64,000 nt of DNA from positions 9,982,001-10,046,000 of the forward strand of contig NC_092672.1 in the NCBI RefSeq assembly GCF_964355755.1, given 5' to 3'. The stretch comes from Antedon mediterranea. Taxonomy: Eukaryota > Animalia > Echinodermata. Positions 12,493 to 27,400 of the stretch are shown piece by piece. Made by a program: the position numbers and the translations under genes. Every line of letters starts with the position of its first letter. Positions within the stretch are counted from its first letter, which is position 1. Below the pieces are notes generated by a model that saw only the letters and a list, made by a program, of their open reading frames with translations, had not been told where the DNA came from and did not search any database.

Positions 12493-15400
12493 GTTAGTAT
12501 TTTTTATTTATAAGTTTCCACGTCGAATAATTACTTTGCAAAAGTATTCTTTCAAGATAGTGCCGTAAGTCACTCGATATGTTTAGTAAAAAATGTATCT
12601 ATCGAACTATTAGGCCTAGATAATATTTTAAATGTTCAATTTGCATTGATATTTGTGTGTAATATTACCACAGCTTATGTAATAATTCAAAATATTGAAA
12701 ATTAGGCGCTTGATATGGCCATACTTATGATTTAATGAAGAAGCAAGGATGTTGCGAACTAGAAATAAACTCGTTTAAAGTTGGACGTAATAACACGTTC
12801 ACACATTACGCGTTCTATGCTCTAAATGCATTAGTGCATGGCTAGCACGTTTACGTATTACATCGTGTAGACGTGAATAATGTATGCTTACGCAAGTTGT
12901 ATACCCTGTGAACACACCACTATTATAACCGACATACGTGTGTAAGCTATTATATTTATGCCTTTGTTATTTTCCTAGATATTATTGACGATTTGAACAT
13001 TAAATTCAAATTAAAAAAATACAATTGAGTTCAAAATTGAATTTGAATAGTTACCATAGTAACGTTGATGTTTAGTCATTGATGGTAATATTTATTCTTG
13101 CAAGATACCTCATTAGTAGTATGATAAGTTTATGACTATTAATATGAAAGCTTATTTTATATAATGATATTTGTTATATGATTATTACTATGATTTTGTA
13201 TATTGCTATTGATACTTGGTTTTATGTAATACAATAACAAGAATTCATACATTATAATCCAGTGTAAAACGTACGTGTATCAAGACAGTTTCGTCTAGTT
13301 TATTTTATTCTGTTTAATTCTAGGCGTATAGTTTCTTATAACGTTACGTTAAATGCATTTAATTTATATTTGTACGGTAAGGTATTAAAGAGTAGACCCA
13401 GTGACGGATGCCTTTTGCAAAAAATCAACCTCATACAAACATCAATCTTCGAACACAGAATACAAGAATATAATGTCTTCTTCGTTTAGGCCCATTAATG
13501 TGTGTCACCGGAATATTGTCAACGTGAACGGGAGAAAATATGATTACGTTTATACATGGGTTAATGAATAAATCTATTCATTAACCCATGGTTTATATAG
13601 CTCACATAAAATATCAGGAACAAATTGGATAATAATGTTTTCTATAAAAAAATGTTACACACACAAGTCACACACAAATCACAAATCAGTTTATTTTGAT
13701 CCATAAAAAAACAAAAATACAAAGCAAAAAATATACAAAAGGATCAGGGAGACTTCCATTAAGGCCAAAAGCCGCATGCATGGAAGCCACCCGAACATTT
13801 TAAATAATATATAATTCTGTATATACCTAACCATTCTCACTTTTTTTATTTTTTTATTTCTTAGTATACCAAAATAAGAACCTACGCAGCGTTAAGACAA
13901 AACAAAATCTGCAATAAACAATTTAATTACCACCTGAGTACATCATTGTTCTCGGGGAATTTTAACGTATCTGATATATTGTCCCACTGGACTGGACATT
14001 TTTTTTAATTGTTTTTGATTAAGTTCAACTTTATAAAAACTAGAAAATTGCAATTCAAAGTAAGATTTTTATAATAACATTTCTCACTGTTATGTATTTC
14101 TTTAACAACAAAACAAAACAACACATGTTGTTTAGTAGAATATAACAACATTCCATTATACATTGGACAGTGACCTACAAAATAACAATCGTTCCCATTT
14201 TAATCATTGCGGCAGTTCTGTCCCGTGAATAATATTTATGTTTAAATTATTGTGGCGCAGAGGGAATTGTTAGTGTTATAGATTTATTCTATTATATAAC
14301 ACAGTGTACATCACGCATCAAATACTTGTTGACATCATTATACAAGTAATTAAAAGTAAAGATAAGTACACAGACGCTTCTAGAGCTTAAAATTATAGGG
14401 TTTCATAAGGAATGTAATACACTATGTAGGCCTATGTTCACAGAGCGTTCAGAGGAATCATACTGTCTGTGTAATGTGTATCGAAGTAAATGTTGGATAG
14501 CGCTGTTGTATTATGTTTACATGGGCTACTTATCTGTCCCATGCAAAAGGTCAGAAAGTGATATGAGCATTCATTTTGAGAATTAGATTTGAAACACGAA
14601 ATTAAATCGAAATGTATGATACATGCACACGGAGACAATTTTCAGATTTCTTTCCACCTTCTTTTTGTTTTGTTAATTTTAGGTGAAAGTTTCCCGTAAT
14701 ACCAGATTGTTTTCTTGATTAAAACTTGTAAACAAAGTAATATTTAATTTGATTAATAGTAATATAATACAGAATGCCATCTTAATTATGTTTAGTAATA
14801 TGTCTGATATTTGTTATGGAATTGTGTACCAGATTAAAGCATGCTTTTGATGAAAAAGAAAGTTTATGCAAAATAAAAACGTTTAGTACTGTGTCTAAAG
14901 TTTAGTGAATTACGCACACACATAAATACGAACACATGTGCTGCAGCAAAGAGATACAAAATAATTTTGCATAGATAGTAATCAATGCATTTTCATTTGA
15001 AACCTCCCTGATGCACACTTATGTTCTCCTGGGTAATGTTAACATTGAACAAAGTATGTACGTAGACGTGATGCTTATGCGACAATTGGACTTTCCTGTG
15101 GTTCTAAATCACCAGCTATGGCAATGGCTTCTATCGAATAGTTACTTGTTTAGAACGGTATAACACAACACTCTCACATAGTATATACAGTGTTAAAGCT
15201 AAATACACTATCAAACTTTATGTGACAAAAAAAAAAATGTGATGTGCCCATATATGAACATGGTGATGTCATCATATAACTACCATATTTTGGCATATCC
15301 TTACCATTATTAGTCGCGTGTAAACGCGACTCTACAGCTCACTATGTCGGTCGGTTGTCGGTCAGTCGGTTAGTCGGTCAGTCCGTTAGTCGGTCAGTAA

Positions 15401-18400
15401 ACACTATGTTAAATTTGTGCACGCGACTGCAACCATGTATATGGCCTTGTTTGGGTACATCATACTTTTTTATCAAACTAGTTTGATAGTGTAGACAGAT
15501 CTTAACACCAATGAGTGCGTATTCTGATCCCGTTTATTCAGAATGACTTCTGTTAGATGTCAGTTTTAACTATTGTATAAATATGTATAATGGCAAAGGA
15601 ATGTCAAAAAGAAAGTATAAGACATGGAAGATATATTCTAGTTAAACTGTTATTAAGTATGATAAAAAGGGATATAAGTATTTATCAAAAAAATAAAACT
15701 GGGGGAAATCCTTACAAAAGAGAAAACATTTCTGTTTTTGACGGTTTACCGCAAACTTAAAGTTTAATCCCGTTTGAAAATTACTATAGTGTTAATTTAT
15801 TCAGAAAAAATGAAATAACATGGCAAGTACAATCAATTAACAGCATCAAAAACAAAAATCAATCAGAATAACTGATCAGTATCTAAAATCCCTGCATAAG
15901 CAGTACTGAATGACTTTCTCACTTCGTATCACAATTACTAATTTCGAAAGGAAAAGAAAAGAAACATGTAAGAGTGGAAGGATTGACAGTACAATAAAAT
16001 GTCAACCCACTACGTTGTATTTTGCTGTTAACAACTATAATTACTGTACTTTAGGCTATATCAAGAAAAAAAAACTTTTTTTTGTGTGTAATTTTACCTC
16101 TCCCTGGTAATATTGTATACTTTGTAGTGTTTTTCTTTTTTTTTACAAATATTTTGTTAAATATTAAAACGTCAGAATGTGGAATATTTGGTTCAAAGAT
16201 GTCTTTTTCTATTGACCAATCATCGTTTAAATTATTACAAAATATTATATATTGACAGAATAAGTAAATTTAATTTTTTTTTTTACAGTTTAATAAGATT
16301 CATAATCTTGATAATGCATATGTACTGTACAGAAAAGATTCAGTAACTTTAACCACGTGATCTTTTATTTTTAGGAATTAAGTTGTCAAAAGAAAGTCTA
16401 GAAAATATTTCTAACTTCTAAGTTTTGTATCAAAAGAGAAAGGTAGAAAATGCTTATGTATGATATATAATTTATCGTTTATCGTCAGTTCTTCCGAATT
16501 ATGACATCATTTATCATTTCAAGAATTTTTCTTTCAAGAAAATTATTTCTGTCAAGCAAAAATCTAGACCACCGGATAATACCTAGCGATAATTCAATTT
16601 CTATAAAGTGATTTCACAAAACGAATTTATCGAGATACATTTTACTTTCAATTATATTGTATCTTCTGAATTTCAGACAGCTGTTTTAAAAAAGGTTATA
16701 ATTAAAATGCCAATAAATGATAGCAAAACACAGAGATAAAAAAAATAAAAAGAAATGTCACTCGATCTTGTAGAGTCAGTAACTTAGTTTAAAGCATCGC
16801 TTGAATGCTATATTGAATGCATAACTTGATTTTTTAGATGACAGGGTACTATCGTCCTATCCTATGCGATTTAGCTCAGGCTTGTTTGTGTAGAAAATTA
16901 TGTTTTTCACGTGAACAGGGCCCGATGCCAACTTGTTGAGAAGGAAAGGGAATATTTTGTGCAATATAATTCAGAATTTTAGAAAAATAATAACATTACC
17001 AGTTAAACTAACTTTACCACAAATTAATAAGTACAGTTCAGCACACACTATGTTTATTTTCTAATAATATTTGTTTAATATTCAAATATAATAATGATCA
17101 ATGAAAAAGAAATCATATGCCTACTTGTTTTTCACGTGAACAACTTGTTGAGAAGGAGAGGGAATAATTTTTTAGCAATAATTCAGAATTTTAGAATAAT
17201 AATAACATTACCAGTTGAAATAACTTTAACACAAATTAATAATTACAGTTAAGCACTTACATTATGTGTAATATCTTGTTTATTTTTGTTTAATATAAAC
17301 AAATAATAATAAGAAAAAAGAATCATCATTTTACCGAATGTCTTTCTTTTTGTCTTCAGCAATGTATGGCGGGAATGAACAGAAACTGTACGATGATCTG
17401 TTCCGGGATTACAACAAAAAAGTTAGGCCAGTCTGGAACTCATCACACCCAATCACTGTTTCTATGGACCTGTCTATCTACCAAATCGTAGAGATGGTAA
17501 GTAAATCATTTACTTTTTTCACTTAAAGGGTAGCTCCGGGTATGAATGTGTTTAATCATTTTAAACCTTGCCAACAAACACTGATAATTACCCCACTGTT
17601 TTTCGAAAGATATAAGATAAGTAGTTATAAAGCACCACTTTTATTTTACGATGCTCGTTCTCTTTTACTGCTGACGAAAAATAAGTAGAGTAATTATCAA
17701 TGTTGTTAGAGCTACCCTTTAAATCTCCAACAAACACCTTCTTCATATCCACGTAAAATGGGCTAGTCCGTTCAATGTAATTATAAGAAAATTAAATGTG
17801 AACATATGTTGCAAAGCAATTCTTCTGCAACATAGAATTTAGTCCTGTATCTATTGTTATCATTGCCAAATATACGTTGAGCGCCCGGTCGTCTCTGGAC
17901 AAGCGGGCATAACTACCAAGTATCAATTTGGGTTTGGTTATTATAAGCAAAATAAAGAATTGAATACACTAAGATTATTGTTTAATTGCACATATTAATT
18001 ATTCCATTGACACTGTCAGATGTCGAGTTATCTATAGACTAATAATATAATCACTTGCACTGATGAAGGGCTAGTGTTGCCCGAAAGCTCTGCTAACTTT
18101 TCTGGCTGTTTACTTTATCGTGTTGATTTAGCTTTTTGCTTTTTATTTTTGTATCTCCATTGAGATCCAGCCACTGATACCCACAGCATTGTCATTTTTT
18201 TCAGTAATTTGCCTTTGGACTAATAATATAATAGATATTAATAACAATTATTTACAATTATCCTTATTGACACCCAGTAATTTAATAATATCAGTCAGTG
18301 TGACTTTATCAAATTAATGTTCTATTAATTGTATCTACAGTATTCCACACAAGCGACTATAATGATTAATAGTGTATAATCCTCCAAGAAAATTAATTTT

Positions 18401-21400
18401 ATTATATTATAATAAACTACGTTAGTGTTCGTATTCATCAATAACCTAAGTTATAATAAATTATAAATAAGTATTTGAGATATGTTTTTTAATGTAGCCA
18501 AAATATGTTACTGTTCATTCAACTTAAAATATGAAGAATGATATTTTTTTTGTCTGAATAATAACCTTTGTTTAGTTTATATTGAACAACAATATTTGAT
18601 ATTACTTAATATGGTTGCGGACACTTACGAATGACACGTATTGTTGTCGGAACCCCTTTACCGCTTGTATCGAATAAATAAATGGGATCAGGTGGAAGTG
18701 AATCCTGATGAGACGAAAATGTTCTTTCAAATGGCAGTGAAGATTTATTTTATTTTTTTTATTTTCAATCTTTCTACATAGCAAAAAAACAAACATATAA
18801 GTATAACAGGGGGGAGTAGCGGAAAAGCAAAAGTATAAAACTGTCATCTTGTGATGTGCTTGACCAGCCCCTGTCAACTTGAACGATACAATAAAACCGA
18901 CATTTAACAAATTTAGAAAAATACATAGAAAAATATGGTATAATAAAATGTCAACAAAAGTGTTATAAAAATGCAATTGCTATCTAACAATCTGATTGTG
19001 TAAAAGTTAAAAATTCTGATTGTATAAAAGTTAAAAATTCTGATTGTATAAAAGTTAAAAATTATAAATGTATAAAAGTTAAAAATTCTGATTGTATAAA
19101 AGTTAAATTCTGACATTCTGGTCAAGATGGTAAACAGGAGAAATAATACGCAAAACAAAAACGCACCAGTTACTTTAACAAGTAGCTATAGTGTAAGTTG
19201 ATCACTACGCAGCTAGCTATTTGATCATTCTTCTCTTACCATGGTTTTCGAAAGTATAAATTAATAAGGCTGTTCGACCCAACCATTTCGTATGTCATGA
19301 AAACGGACGGTCGATGAACTCCGCCGATTCAGGGAATCGATACTGTTTGGGTATAATATTTTATCGAAACGAATGTAACATACTCATGCAAAACATGTCC
19401 TCTGACGCTTTTTTACCTCGGAACGTTAATTCAACACATTTGAATTCATTCATTTCCCTCTCTCCACCCAGTTATACAAATGGGTACCTGACATATACCA
19501 AAATACGACTGCGCTGATTATTAGCTGCATTATGGGATTATTTTTCCATTCGTGTTTTGATCCAAAAAAATTACTGAATGAATGGGGTAGTAATGCGAAG
19601 CACTATGGAGACTTTGTACAGTAAGCGCTATATAAGATCGACGCATTATTATTGTATGATAAAATTTTAATTATTGAAACGTCACCAATTAAATAAACAA
19701 TACAAGAGGAAATATTATGTATGTCATATAGAAGCCAATTCTTACCAGGGAGTTGTAAAATATTATTGTACAACTCTATTTTCTTACTGTGTCATGTCTA
19801 ATAACAATAAACTGCGTGGCTGTTTCATGGCAAGCAACCGTACCGTAACTCCTAACTTACCTCCCATAAATAATCTCCTTACGCACTTAAACGTGGTTCC
19901 CACTAGCGACGCAACACAAGGACGTAACGCAACGCAAGTGAATTGACCAATCACAAACGATGGCTTATTCGCTTGAGATTGCTAACTGTCTATAACTTCG
20001 CTTGTCATTGGTTAAAACGCTTGCGTTGCGTTTACGTCCTTGCGTTACGTTCTAGTGGGAACCAAGCTTAAAAAACACATCGACGTGGTTTTAACCCCCA
20101 AGTATTTTCCGATACCTATAAAGGATAAAAAGCTTGCTTAAAATGAAAAACATTCAAAAGAGATTCAGACCAGTAAGTAACCCAGTGTCAGAAATGCCAC
20201 AGAGGGTACAATTGGGTTACAATGGCATAATACGTCATAACATTAGTATTCCCATAATGTTCATAATGCAATAGTGTTTTTAATTTTTATTTATTTTTAT
20301 ATTCGAATGGTTTGACCGGTTTTAAACCGTTTTACAATGCCAATCAATATTCATTTGTTTAACAAATTGGACTAATATGCCTAGATATCGTATCATATCA
20401 TCTTAAACAGCATTCTCTTACTCTTGCCTGGTAAATCAAATTGAAAAACCGCGATCGTGTTCAATCCGAGGTCATCGATGAATTGGAAAATATCATTTTA
20501 TTCCAACAGCTATTGACAGTTACAAAAAGTGTTTGTCATCGTTAATTTTTTATTTGGAATGCAGACAATTTTATCGTAATGGATTGGAACTTGGATAAAA
20601 ATGAAGCTTATCTAAGTAGCAATTTATTATGATTTCCATTATTGTAAAATTTACTTTCGTAGTGTAACTAATACTATAAAGACGGCAAACAAATGTTTTA
20701 ATTGAAATGTATAAATTATAATATCACTATTATAAGCGGCAAATAATTTCAATGAGAGAGTGAGATTAGTATAATTATATAAGGAATTATAATAGTGGCA
20801 CTATGGGAATATACGGTACCGGACGACCATTAAAGTTAAAATGTATGTTATTTCATTTTTCGTAACACATAAGTGTATAGATTTTATTTCTAAACTTTAA
20901 CATTTAACATACAAGAAACTGTGGGAATCGAATTGTTTCCCATTGTATTTTGAACGCGTGTCTGTCGGAGTATAAACAAAGCAAAAACAACGACTAAAAC
21001 GAAATGTTGCCGAACTCTTATACTACTTTTGCTTATTAATGTTGTTGTATATGGAAGTTACCCGATATTTTTACACTCACTATATCAGTCGGTTGGTCGG
21101 TCGGTCGGTAAACACTAACTTAAGCACGCGACTGCAGCCATGTATATGGCCTTGTTGTTTTTCACTATGCTATGCTATTATTTTTATTTAGAACCAACAT
21201 CTACACAATATGCTTTACAAATTTTTCTTATGCGTCTTGGAGGTGTGATGAATTATGCGTCGCGCCATGTGAGAAAAATTGCGATATTAGCAGACAATTG
21301 AAGCCAATGCCCTTGGATTGGTAGCCAAACTAGTCGTATGTAAAATAATAAATGTATGCATATATAGTATTTGAAATATTGAAATTGATTATTTTATATT

Positions 21401-24400
21401 AGATCAATTCACATTGATTAAACTTTCAACATGCATGTTTGAATAATATAAATAAAAGGAACTTGCACTGAGAATATGTTGTGTAAGACCCTTACATTAC
21501 ACATCCATCCAACCTTAATTAAGTTTCCAAGATGATGTGGTCCATTGAGAAAAGAGTTTTTTTTTAAAGAAGTTTTAAAATCATAATTATGAATATTATA
21601 ATACACGTAAATTCCCTCTGGCAACTTGTGTTCCTATTTTTTATTTGCTGTGTTGAATGTTGTACCTAATTAGATGGATGGACGTTACGAGGAAAGTATC
21701 TGATGCATGGGTTAAATTGGTTGAAAAACATAATTATGGAATAACTATTAAAGAAAATCTTACTGAGGCGAGCATTAGTGTCTGGACAAGTGTCTGTAGC
21801 CACACATTTCACATGTGCGGTGGGCGCAAAAGTGGAAAAGGGTGTCAACACTTATGATTGTGTTACATAATCTTCTACGTGATTTCACTGTTACTTTACT
21901 TTGAGTTTATTACAGTTTGAATCGTCTTCATTTTTTTCCTTTCCTTTTCTTAGAAAATGAATTAAAAAACAAATAAGCTCTCTTTTTTTGTGTTGATTTA
22001 ATAATGTTGTAAATCTGTATTTGTTGGTCAGGAATTTTTAATATGATTAAATGTTTGGTAACTTTTTTTATATTTTGTTCATATTTTATACATTAAATTA
22101 CTTTATTATACGATTTTATAGTACAGGTATAATAGTTTGTAGTTTGTAATCGGTAAACTGTAGGTACATAAATGAATTGTAATTTTCTAAATTCCAAATT
22201 TATGTTATTATTGTTGCTTCTTTGTTTTGTAGTTGATGTATGTGTGATGTTTAACTCTTTATTTCAATATGTTAGTTGTTTTTTTTTTGTATATTCCAAC
22301 AGTCAATAAGTAAAAAGAAACGCACATACTAACACAATAAATCGTTCATCCAATATACTATCATGATCTACATCACATTCAAAATTCTAATATATTATTA
22401 TGCGAGGCCTTGATGGGATTTGTATTACGCAACTTGTTACTCAAAAAGCTACTGTACGTTTACACGTAATCCGTAATGATCTGTTGCCACTGCTTCAGGA
22501 CATTGCAAGTGAATTAACTTTCACATATTACATAAACCGCAAGCCGAGTACATTATGCGCAATTAGAAAACGCGCTGAAATCTAGTACGTGTTCGTCTCG
22601 TTCACTATAGATGATACCCCTGGGCTCCGCCCCGGGTATTCAGCATTTAAATACATTTTCTAGAAATCGATTTTTACTCGATTAATATATTTTTATCATC
22701 GTTCTGTAAACATAACGGTAAAGGGCGGGTACGCTGTTGGAGCAAGAAATATAAACCAATGAACACGAACAATGTTTTTATAAATATGTATTTAAAGACA
22801 CCGTTTAGATCTAATTTAAGATCACAAACTATATTTAATCTAAAAATAATACTATATGGTCCTATTGCGATAACTTTTTCGTCTTTAAATGGTTAAAAAT
22901 GTAAAAAATAAGTTGATTATAATAATTATAGCGGCCCGCTATAAATCCCAAAATGCATTGCGCGCGCATTGATATTTTTCTTCTGTAATTCACCCACTTT
23001 TCGATCGGTCGTGAGGCCAAATCAAATGGAAGACTCCTAACTTTTCAGAGAAAATACCGGGTTTTCCCCAATTTGTATCAAAGGAGTCTGGCAAAAATAG
23101 AAAGACAATTAATGCAGTAACTATACAACGTCAGGCTAGATATATAGCTCGTGTACGATGTTCGTACGTTACCGATGTTTACCAGCTAGGCCTACAAAAC
23201 TAAGCCTAGCTAGGCTAGGCCTAAAGACCGTCCACGAGAGGTCAGTTGCCGCGAGCTACTTAGGTAGTGCATTGTTTATCACTTTTTTATCATAATTTAC
23301 CATAAAACGTACATTTAAGACAAGGAATGACCTGGTTTAATGTTTTATCTATAAAAGTAATATATATGTATTATTTTACAAAACTTCACAAATTGTAGGG
23401 AAGGTGTCTTTAAGTAAGATTTATTTTGTAGGCCTAGTCGTGTGTACAACTGAGAGAACTGAATGTTTGAATGTAGATATTTGGTATGACTGCGGTATCT
23501 TGATTTTGCTATACAGTAATAAAGGAAGGCCTTCGGAACCAGAGAGAGTTTTTCACAAAATAAGGGTTGTCCGTAGTGTTAAAATAATGTATTTCTTCTT
23601 ATTTATTTCACAGTAAAATATCTCTATAGTATAGGTGGTATACACTGAATAAAGGTTTTCTGTAGTTTTCTAAGTGTTAAAATGCATATTCTCCTTGTTC
23701 GTTTTACTGGAAAGTGTCCACTTAAAGATGTAAAATTATTATTTATAGATATTCATTTTGTGATTCTTTAAACCGTACAAAGACATTACAAAACGATTAT
23801 CCAGACTTATTAGCAATCACATACTATTATTGACAACTAATAAACCTTTTTTACAATTAAAAATCGATCGTTAACAAGTAATTTAAACATAATTGTTCAT
23901 AATGTTAATAAAATCAAATTGTTAGGAAATTATTCATTTATTAACTAAGCGTAATTTCTTTCTTCTTTTTGCTAAAACATTAATGTTAGACATAAGTTAC
24001 AATTTAATTTTGCAGTAGGTAATGTGCACTGTGCATGCATTAATAATAAAGATTAAAGTTCTTCTATGATATATTTATCTACCACATACAAAACCAACAT
24101 TATGGTTAATAAGGATATATATGAGTAATTTACATAGATAATATTGAACAATTTATGCGATTTTAGAAAGCTACTAATTATGGCACGGTCGGTACTTTTT
24201 TTTAAACAATCATGTATGTAAGATAACTTCTTATCAGTTTTGATGAAATTCAATACTTTAAAAAAAAGTTAAAAGTCACTATCACAAACTGGTATTGGCT
24301 AAAGCCCTGTGGCCGTATTTACCAATCACACTTTAGAGTAAGAGAAACATTTTTTCTTAAAATTAAGAAAAAATCTCCTACCTAAGTGAATGAAATTTAA

Positions 24401-27400
24401 GGAAAATACTTAAAATTAAGGGAAATATCTCACTTAGGTGTGAATATAACCATCTTCTCTGTCGTGTAATCCTTCTTTTGCTGGTGTGTGACCCATGTTC
24501 CCTGACTTATTTTTACTCCTCCCTTGTTTGTAATAACCTCTTTCATAAGTTTTCATTTTCATTGATCTTATTTTTTCCTGGTTTGGAACGTTTTTGGTGT
24601 AATGAGCTCACTTCTTCTTCATCCTGGTTTCCAAGCTTACTCTCTAGTTTTCTTCCATCCCACACTATCCTTCATGATTAAATGTTTAATCTTTCTTCTT
24701 TTGAAAAAGAACGTTCTAACGAAGAACAGCCTATTTTGTTTTATTGTCGTCACAACAATTCTTTCCTATCTGTATAATATGTTAGCCGAACTTCAACTAT
24801 GTCTGCAGTTATCCATCATCCTTACAATCATTTCTTTGGTTTCAAAGATAACTGTAACCACCGATGTTAGCCGCAGCATCACCTCAATCCAAAGATGTAC
24901 TCTTTTCACAACGCAAGTCATTACTTTTTTTTATTCAGAGTGACTTCTGTTAGCCAAGATTCTGTCCGAATTAACGTTTCTTGTATTTAAAACAAGTTAA
25001 TTGATTTTCTCCGGGAAACCACCGTGTTAACTGATTTATTCCATTTTGACGTTATTCTAAGAACAGAAAGAGCCGTTTTAACGTGTATACAGTCATTGTT
25101 ATGTTGAAGTCATAAATTCTACCGACGACCAATTCATCATATTATTTTTATTTTACGATAGACCTCTACTGCGTTTATTATTCGAATTATGTAAATTGTA
25201 ATGCACCGGTAGCGTTGACATACATATTCAACGACTAAATGTTATCAACTTCAGCAATCCAGCCTTACGTGGATATTTTCTGTGAAGCGTAAAGGGCATT
25301 CAATGTGGAGCAATACAGGAATGCATTTCAGTTTCAGATTCAGGGTGTTAAAATTGAAATAGAAAATGAATTTTTAATGGCCAAACGTATGAGCTGTTGA
25401 GTTGATCAGTTTAGAAACACTCAACCAAGACGAATAATTTCAACACACTCTGTTAAATAAGAGATTATTCTAAATTCAAATGCAAATTTTCTTCGCGTTA
25501 TATTTACCTTCCTCTCATTATAGTAGTTTCAGTAAATAACTTTAGCAGAACCGGCCGCTTATGGAGAAACACAATATTATTATTATTATGAACAGTACTA
25601 ATATTTATTTACCACCATCTGTACATACATGTTTCTGTTGTATATTTGTGAATTGTCATTCATAATTCTATTGCATTGATATGTTATACTGCTGGCAAGC
25701 CACGTGTGGATGTACCATTACTATGTGTGCCGCTGTTTTGAAAGCGTTTTCCGAATAAATTATCATTATTATATAATAGAATAAAGAGATAGAAAACCCC
25801 CTGACAGAAAATACAGTGATACATTGAAATTCCATTAAAATTCAAATGATGATCTATGTTTTATTTAAAGTAAACCCCGTGTATATAATATGGGTTTTCT
25901 TTGCATTGTGGTGGTTGTAGTGTTATAATAATAACATTATATTTCCCCATGGTTTGATTTCCTATTTTTATGCCACATTAATTAAAGTCATATAATGTTT
26001 TGTTATAACGTAACATTAAAATAATGTTATTACTACGTGCGTATTACTAAGTAAATCGGACGCCGTGTATATGTATTTCCAACGCATTGTGAATCTGTAA
26101 CCACCGATCAACAACATTTTATGTTGACAATGATAACCAACACATATGTACTGTAACCATCGCGTTTAAAATTGTAACCATGAACGATCGCCAATACATT
26201 GTAACCACCGGTCACCAATTCTAACAACGATAACCAACACGTTATGAATTGTAACCAACGCGTTATGTATTGTAATCAATGAGTTATGTATTGTAACCAA
26301 TGAGTTTTGTAACTCACTAATACATTATAACCAACTACATGTATTACCATTATTTTACCAACGAACGATAAAAACACGTTATTGTTGTAACCAACCATCA
26401 CTAACACGTAACGCATCGTAAAAAATGATAATAACCATACGCTTTGTATTACAACGATAACCAACGCCGTGGTTATCGGCTAATTAAAATAATAAAACAA
26501 CAATAATTGTGTATATACGAATTATGAAATTATTCAGTGCAGCAATAAAAAAAACATATTCGTGTACGATGTCGATAAACTTAAAATGCTTTAGGGCACT
26601 TATTTAATGTAAGCGGATCAATAGTACATAGAATTAAAGGCAAAAATGGTAATTATATACTTTCATTTTTTCCATAATAATTATCAACTACTGCATCTGC
26701 TGCAGCGTTTGTTTTTTTTTATTTGCCCTGAATATGTTTGAAATATTTAAATGTTTTAATTTTTACTTAAATATAAATTCAACCGGTTACTGACTTAATC
26801 ATTTTTGTTAATAATAAAGAAACATAATTATGTATCAATTATTTCGGTCAACAAACAATGGTATCCGATACGCCCTCTATAGTTTCTGCCTTAACCTAAT
26901 AGAAAAAAAATAATGCATCCGGCACCTTTCATATTGTAAAATATATTACTATCGTGCATTCAAGTTTTCTTTTGTTTATAAATTATCTAAATAAGTTAAA
27001 AATAAGTATTGTTCACGTACTGATATCATACTGCTATACTAACTTTATAAAACTCTTTAATTACTTGATCAGTATAAGTTATATTATTAAAAGTACGTTT
27101 CAACAAAAGGATGATTGATGGAAATGTTGTGAATGAACATCCATTATAAGAACACGCACAATCTTACTTGTAGCAATTCTATAATTGCTAAACAATGCTT
27201 TTGGCATTATGTAAATAAATATAAATATTTATAGGTTTTATTTCAGACTGTTCGGGTCCTACATATCATTTAGTATCTATTATCAATATTAAAAATGTAT
27301 AGGCGTGACAGTAGGCCTCTAGCATAATGGATATAAAGACGAAGACATTTATGTAATAGTAAAATCGTTTAATGCTATAACTCATTAATAATAATCGTTA

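Noticed and set aside
13555-13590. 16-bp perfect hairpin catgggttaatgaata-aatc-tattcattaacccatg
   Set aside because: Real inverted repeat, but most simply a collapsed MITE remnant; nothing supports a terminator or miRNA in this context.
18705-18724. Second hammerhead-like core ctgatgagacgaaa
   Set aside because: Only 3 nt between CUGAUGA and GAAA (no stem II) and no convincing stem I.
22406-22421. 16-bp identity (ggccttgatgggattt) with the piggyBac right end at 45006-45021
   Set aside because: No further similarity on either side; one such match is plausible by chance in 64 kb.
24430-25050. Purine-rich minus-strand region resembling a decayed ORF in intron 2
   Set aside because: Multiple stops in the frames read and no recognisable motif; possibly an old retroelement but unsupported.
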